DNA of 64,000 bases from Octopus sinensis (Eukaryota): the NCBI RefSeq assembly GCF_006345805.1, contig NC_043009.1:8742001-8806000 (forward strand), read 5' to 3'. Below, one piece after another: positions 60,480 through 64,000 of the stretch; positions within the stretch are counted from its first letter, which is position 1, and each line of letters begins with the position of its first letter. The notes under the pieces were generated by a model. It worked only from the letters and a program-made list of their open reading frames with translations. It ran no database searches and was not told the DNA's origin. Both the position numbers and the translations under genes were made by a program.

Positions 60480-63230
60480 CTTAGTGTTTTTCTCATCACC
60501 ACCGCTTGACAACCGGAGTTAGTTGTTCACGGCCGCATAAGACAGCGATTCGGCAAAAAGGGACCCACAGAATATATGGTACAATATGATTCATTTTAAG
60601 AATTTTAGGAGGATTAATAAATATCAAACAGACTTTGCAACAGAAGTTAATTTGAATCTGTTAAATACAATTTAGTTCTTTACTTTTCATAATTATATAT
60701 ATATATTTAGACTGCCTCTAGAAGACTGGAAAATCCAGAAATCTGGTCCTATATTACCAAATAATTGGTCCGGTACTGTTGATAGAACCGCAACGTCAAG
60801 GGAGAGCAGCGGAAAGTGGTACCTAGGTCTTTATTTTTGTTGGTTATTTTCGTCTATTACGTTTTTAAGAATGTCAGGTTTGCAAGAAAAGAAAAGAAAG
60901 GAACTGAAACCATATCTTTTATTTTTTTACTTGTTTCAGTCATTGGACTGCGACCATACTGGAACATCGCCTAGAAGGATTTTAGTCGAACAGATAGATC
61001 CCCCCCCCCAAATATTTCTTTTCTCTAAAGACTGATACTTATTCTGTCGGTTTCTTCGCCAAGTCACTAAGTTATGCGGACGTAAACGAAACGGTACTAA
61101 GGGACTAACAAAGACGTGCATATCTGTCTCTCTCTCTCTGTCAGATAAATTAGATAGATAGATAGAGAGAGATAGGTAGGTAGATAGATGGGTAGGTGAG
61201 TAGGTAGGTAGATAGATAGATAGGTATGTAGGTAGATAGATATGCGCGCGCGACAAGCTTCTTTCAGTTTCCGCCATCCAAATACACTCAAAGATTTCGT
61301 CGACTCGGGGCCACGGAAGACACCTGTCGAATATGTTACGCTGTGAGACTGAACCCGGAATCACGTGGTTTAGAAAGCAAACTGCATATCACACCCACCC
61401 ACGTGTATAATATATAATTTATTTTAAAAAATCACAGACAAATCACTCGGGGATGCTGCAAGCAGAAAATAAATAGTTAAGGTAGTAATATCAATATTTA
61501 ATTGCAGGGAGGCTCACCGCATTAAATGACTGAAACACACACATGGATCTATCTCTGTGTGTGTGTGTCCCCTTTCATTCCTTTATTTGCTTCGGCCATT
61601 GGTCACTGTGGTCACGCAGTGGGGCGCCGCTTTGAAGGGTTTTAACCAACCAAATCGAATCTAGTATATATTTTAAAGTCTGGTGATACTTATCGTAACA
61701 GTATATTTGAACAGAGTCCGTAAAGTTAGCGGGACGTAAACAAACTAACACCCGTTGTCAAGTGGTGAGACACGCATACATATAGAACTATATACATATA
61801 GTAATACATTATTACTTGTCATTTAAACCACCAAAAATTAACACTGAAAATAATAAACAGTCAAGTGCGTGTGTGTGCGCGTGTATGTATGTATATGTAT
61901 ATATATATATATAACGTTCCTACAAAACAAAGTCAGAAATTATTTAGTGCGTCACAGATCATAATTTCTGCCGATTCGTATCTTTAAGCATTGTAGATGA
62001 CGGTTCTCAAAATAAATAAATAAATAAATGTGTGGGTGTGAAAGAGGCAGAGAGCGACAGATTTGTCCCACACGAGTTTTCATATTTTTATCATTTTCGA
62101 TTTCCTTTAAAAACGAAAAAGAATTACGTTTTAAACGTCCGAACTTATGATTCTCGAAAACCATGGGAAACTTTTGACCAGCGACATCAATATCCCCCAC
62201 AACCACACAGAATCGTAATCTGCGATGTTTGAAATGTATCTGAAGAAATGGCTTTTGACACACAAGTTTATTTCTTTCGGAATACGTGTGTGTATGCGTG
62301 CATACACACACACACACACAAACACAGGTGTCTACTCTTTTCGTCTACCAAATTCCTTCACAAGGCATTCAGATGGTTCAGAACTATAGCAGAAAACACT
62401 TGCGCCAAGTGTCGTGCAGCAGAATGAATCCATGCGGTTGCGAAGCAAATTCGTTGAGCACAAAGCCATAACAGCATCATATATTTTTCTCATAATTATA
62501 GTGTGTGTGTGTGTGTGGAATAGTGTGAGACACCGTACAATGAAAAAAAATATACACTCCTTAACTAAAACTGGCAAAATGCAGATATTCTATAGAGTGG
62601 TTATATACTGTCAACTTAACGTGACAGTCCCGTAAGGGAATTTACCCCACCGCTGTTTAGCCCTCTATCGCTCCACCACCGTACATATCTCTATGAGATA
62701 TTTAGAAATTTAATATTTCAGATATTCTATATATTTTTTATTTATTGTAAGCGTTCTAAACGCTACAGCTGGCCAGACAAATAGATGTCATTTTTGTGAC
62801 ATCAGTGTCCCAAGAAAAGACACCGAACACCCGCTGGCTCGGTCCACATGCTTAACAGAGCTCACATAAGGTCATAACAACTGCTTCAGTAATGAGGGCA
62901 GGTTTGTACCTCAAAAACTAGATAAGTCCCAGCTGTTTCAAACCGCAACATCACCCAGTTGTTTGTTGCATTTTGGAAATGTTTTCTTTGCCGCTAATTA
63001 AACATGTAAACTGATCGCAATTATTTTCACTCTTTTATCATTATTTACTTTAGCGTATCGAGACAGGCACAGGCGTGGCGGTAATGTTAAGAAGCTTGCT
63101 TTCCAACTATGTGGTTTCAGGTTCAATCCTACTGTGTGGCACCCTGGGCATGTCGTTTAAAATAGCCCCAGGCTGTGAGTGGATTTGGTAGATGGAGACT
63201 GTGTGTGTGTGTATAAATATATGTATATAT

Positions 63231-63600
63231 GTGGAGGCACAATGGCCCAGTGGTTAGGGCAACGGACTCGCAGTTTCGATTCCCAGGCCGGGTGTTGTGA
63301 GTGTTTATTGAGCGAAAACACCTAAAGCCCCACAAGGCTCTGGCAGTGGGGTGGGGCGGGAAACCCTGCTGTACTCTTTCACCACAACTTTCTCTCACTC
63401 TTTCTTCCTGTTTCAATTGTACCTATATTTCAAAGGGCCAGCCTTGTCACACTCTATGTCACGCTGAATCTCCCCAAGAACAACGTTAAGGATACACGTG
63501 TCTGTGGAATGCTCAGCCACTTGCACGTTAATTTCACAAGCAGGCTGTTCCGTTGATCGGATCAACTGGAACCTTCATTATCATAACCAATGGAGTGCCA
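63231..63600 (+). mobile_element. SINE family D (tRNA-derived head gtggaggcgcaatggcccagtggttagggcagcggactc...gtttcgattccc); copies at 16872-17172(-), 24462-24560, 27690-27900 and 31091-31400
   Basis: A-box TGGCCCAGTGGTTAG and B-box-like GTTTCGATTCC, with the body shared between copies. Confidence 0.88.
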
Positions 63601-63602
63601 CG

Positions 63603-63638
<36 letters not shown>

Positions 63639-64000
63639 TGCATGTTTAAGTGTGCGCATCTCCTGTTCTTGACATTGCATGACAGATGTAAATGAGTGTC
63701 ATTAATAAAAGCATAGTCGTTCATTTCTAATCTTCAACAAAAACATATCTGACCATAAGAGAACATTAACTTGCATGGAAACAGGTGAGGATTGGTAACA
63801 GAAAGGGTGTCCAACAAAAGAAAATCTGCCTCAACAGCCTGTCTGACCCATGCAAGCATGGAAAAGAGGACGTTAAAAGTGATGATGATGATGATGATAT
63901 CAAAATCTTTCATCAAACACCTGTAATTTCAGCACTAAATTGTATATGACATCTATTGGAGCTTTATCATCTGAGTAGGAACTGTAGTTTAAGTTGATGC

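Noticed and set aside
63231-63310. tRNA-like A/B boxes (also 31091, 27690, 24462)
   Set aside because: These are SINE heads followed by a shared SINE body, not cloverleaf tRNA genes.

Overview
AT-rich animal genomic DNA. The SINE families and huge (TA)n/(CA)n tracts look like Octopus (recognised from memory, not database-checked). Two convergent protein-coding genes flank a ~24 kb intergenic region full of transposons. (1) The 3' end of a + strand gene can be rebuilt as five phase-compatible exons (1949-1998 with a GC donor, 8616-8651, 13267-13340, 16563-16724, 19904-21316). It encodes an unidentified, largely disordered C-terminus ending in -TTDL. (2) A - strand gene has a single 780-codon coding exon (52947-50605), two probable 5'UTR exons and a CpG-rich promoter near 59.6 kb. 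Its C-terminus carries two tandem helical motifs resembling the MORC3/4 C-terminal tail. The rest is four SINE families, RTE and CR1 LINE fragments (one RTE has a PHD-type finger inside its RT), mariner, Tigger, Tc2-like and piggyBac-like DNA elements, two Helitron-like elements, a gypsy-type protease remnant and a 30-bp minisatellite. The most striking unexplained structure is a set of long, near-perfect foldback palindromes of mutually unrelated sequence, several in introns just upstream of coding-exon acceptors. Nearly all listed small ORFs are microsatellite or TE artefacts.
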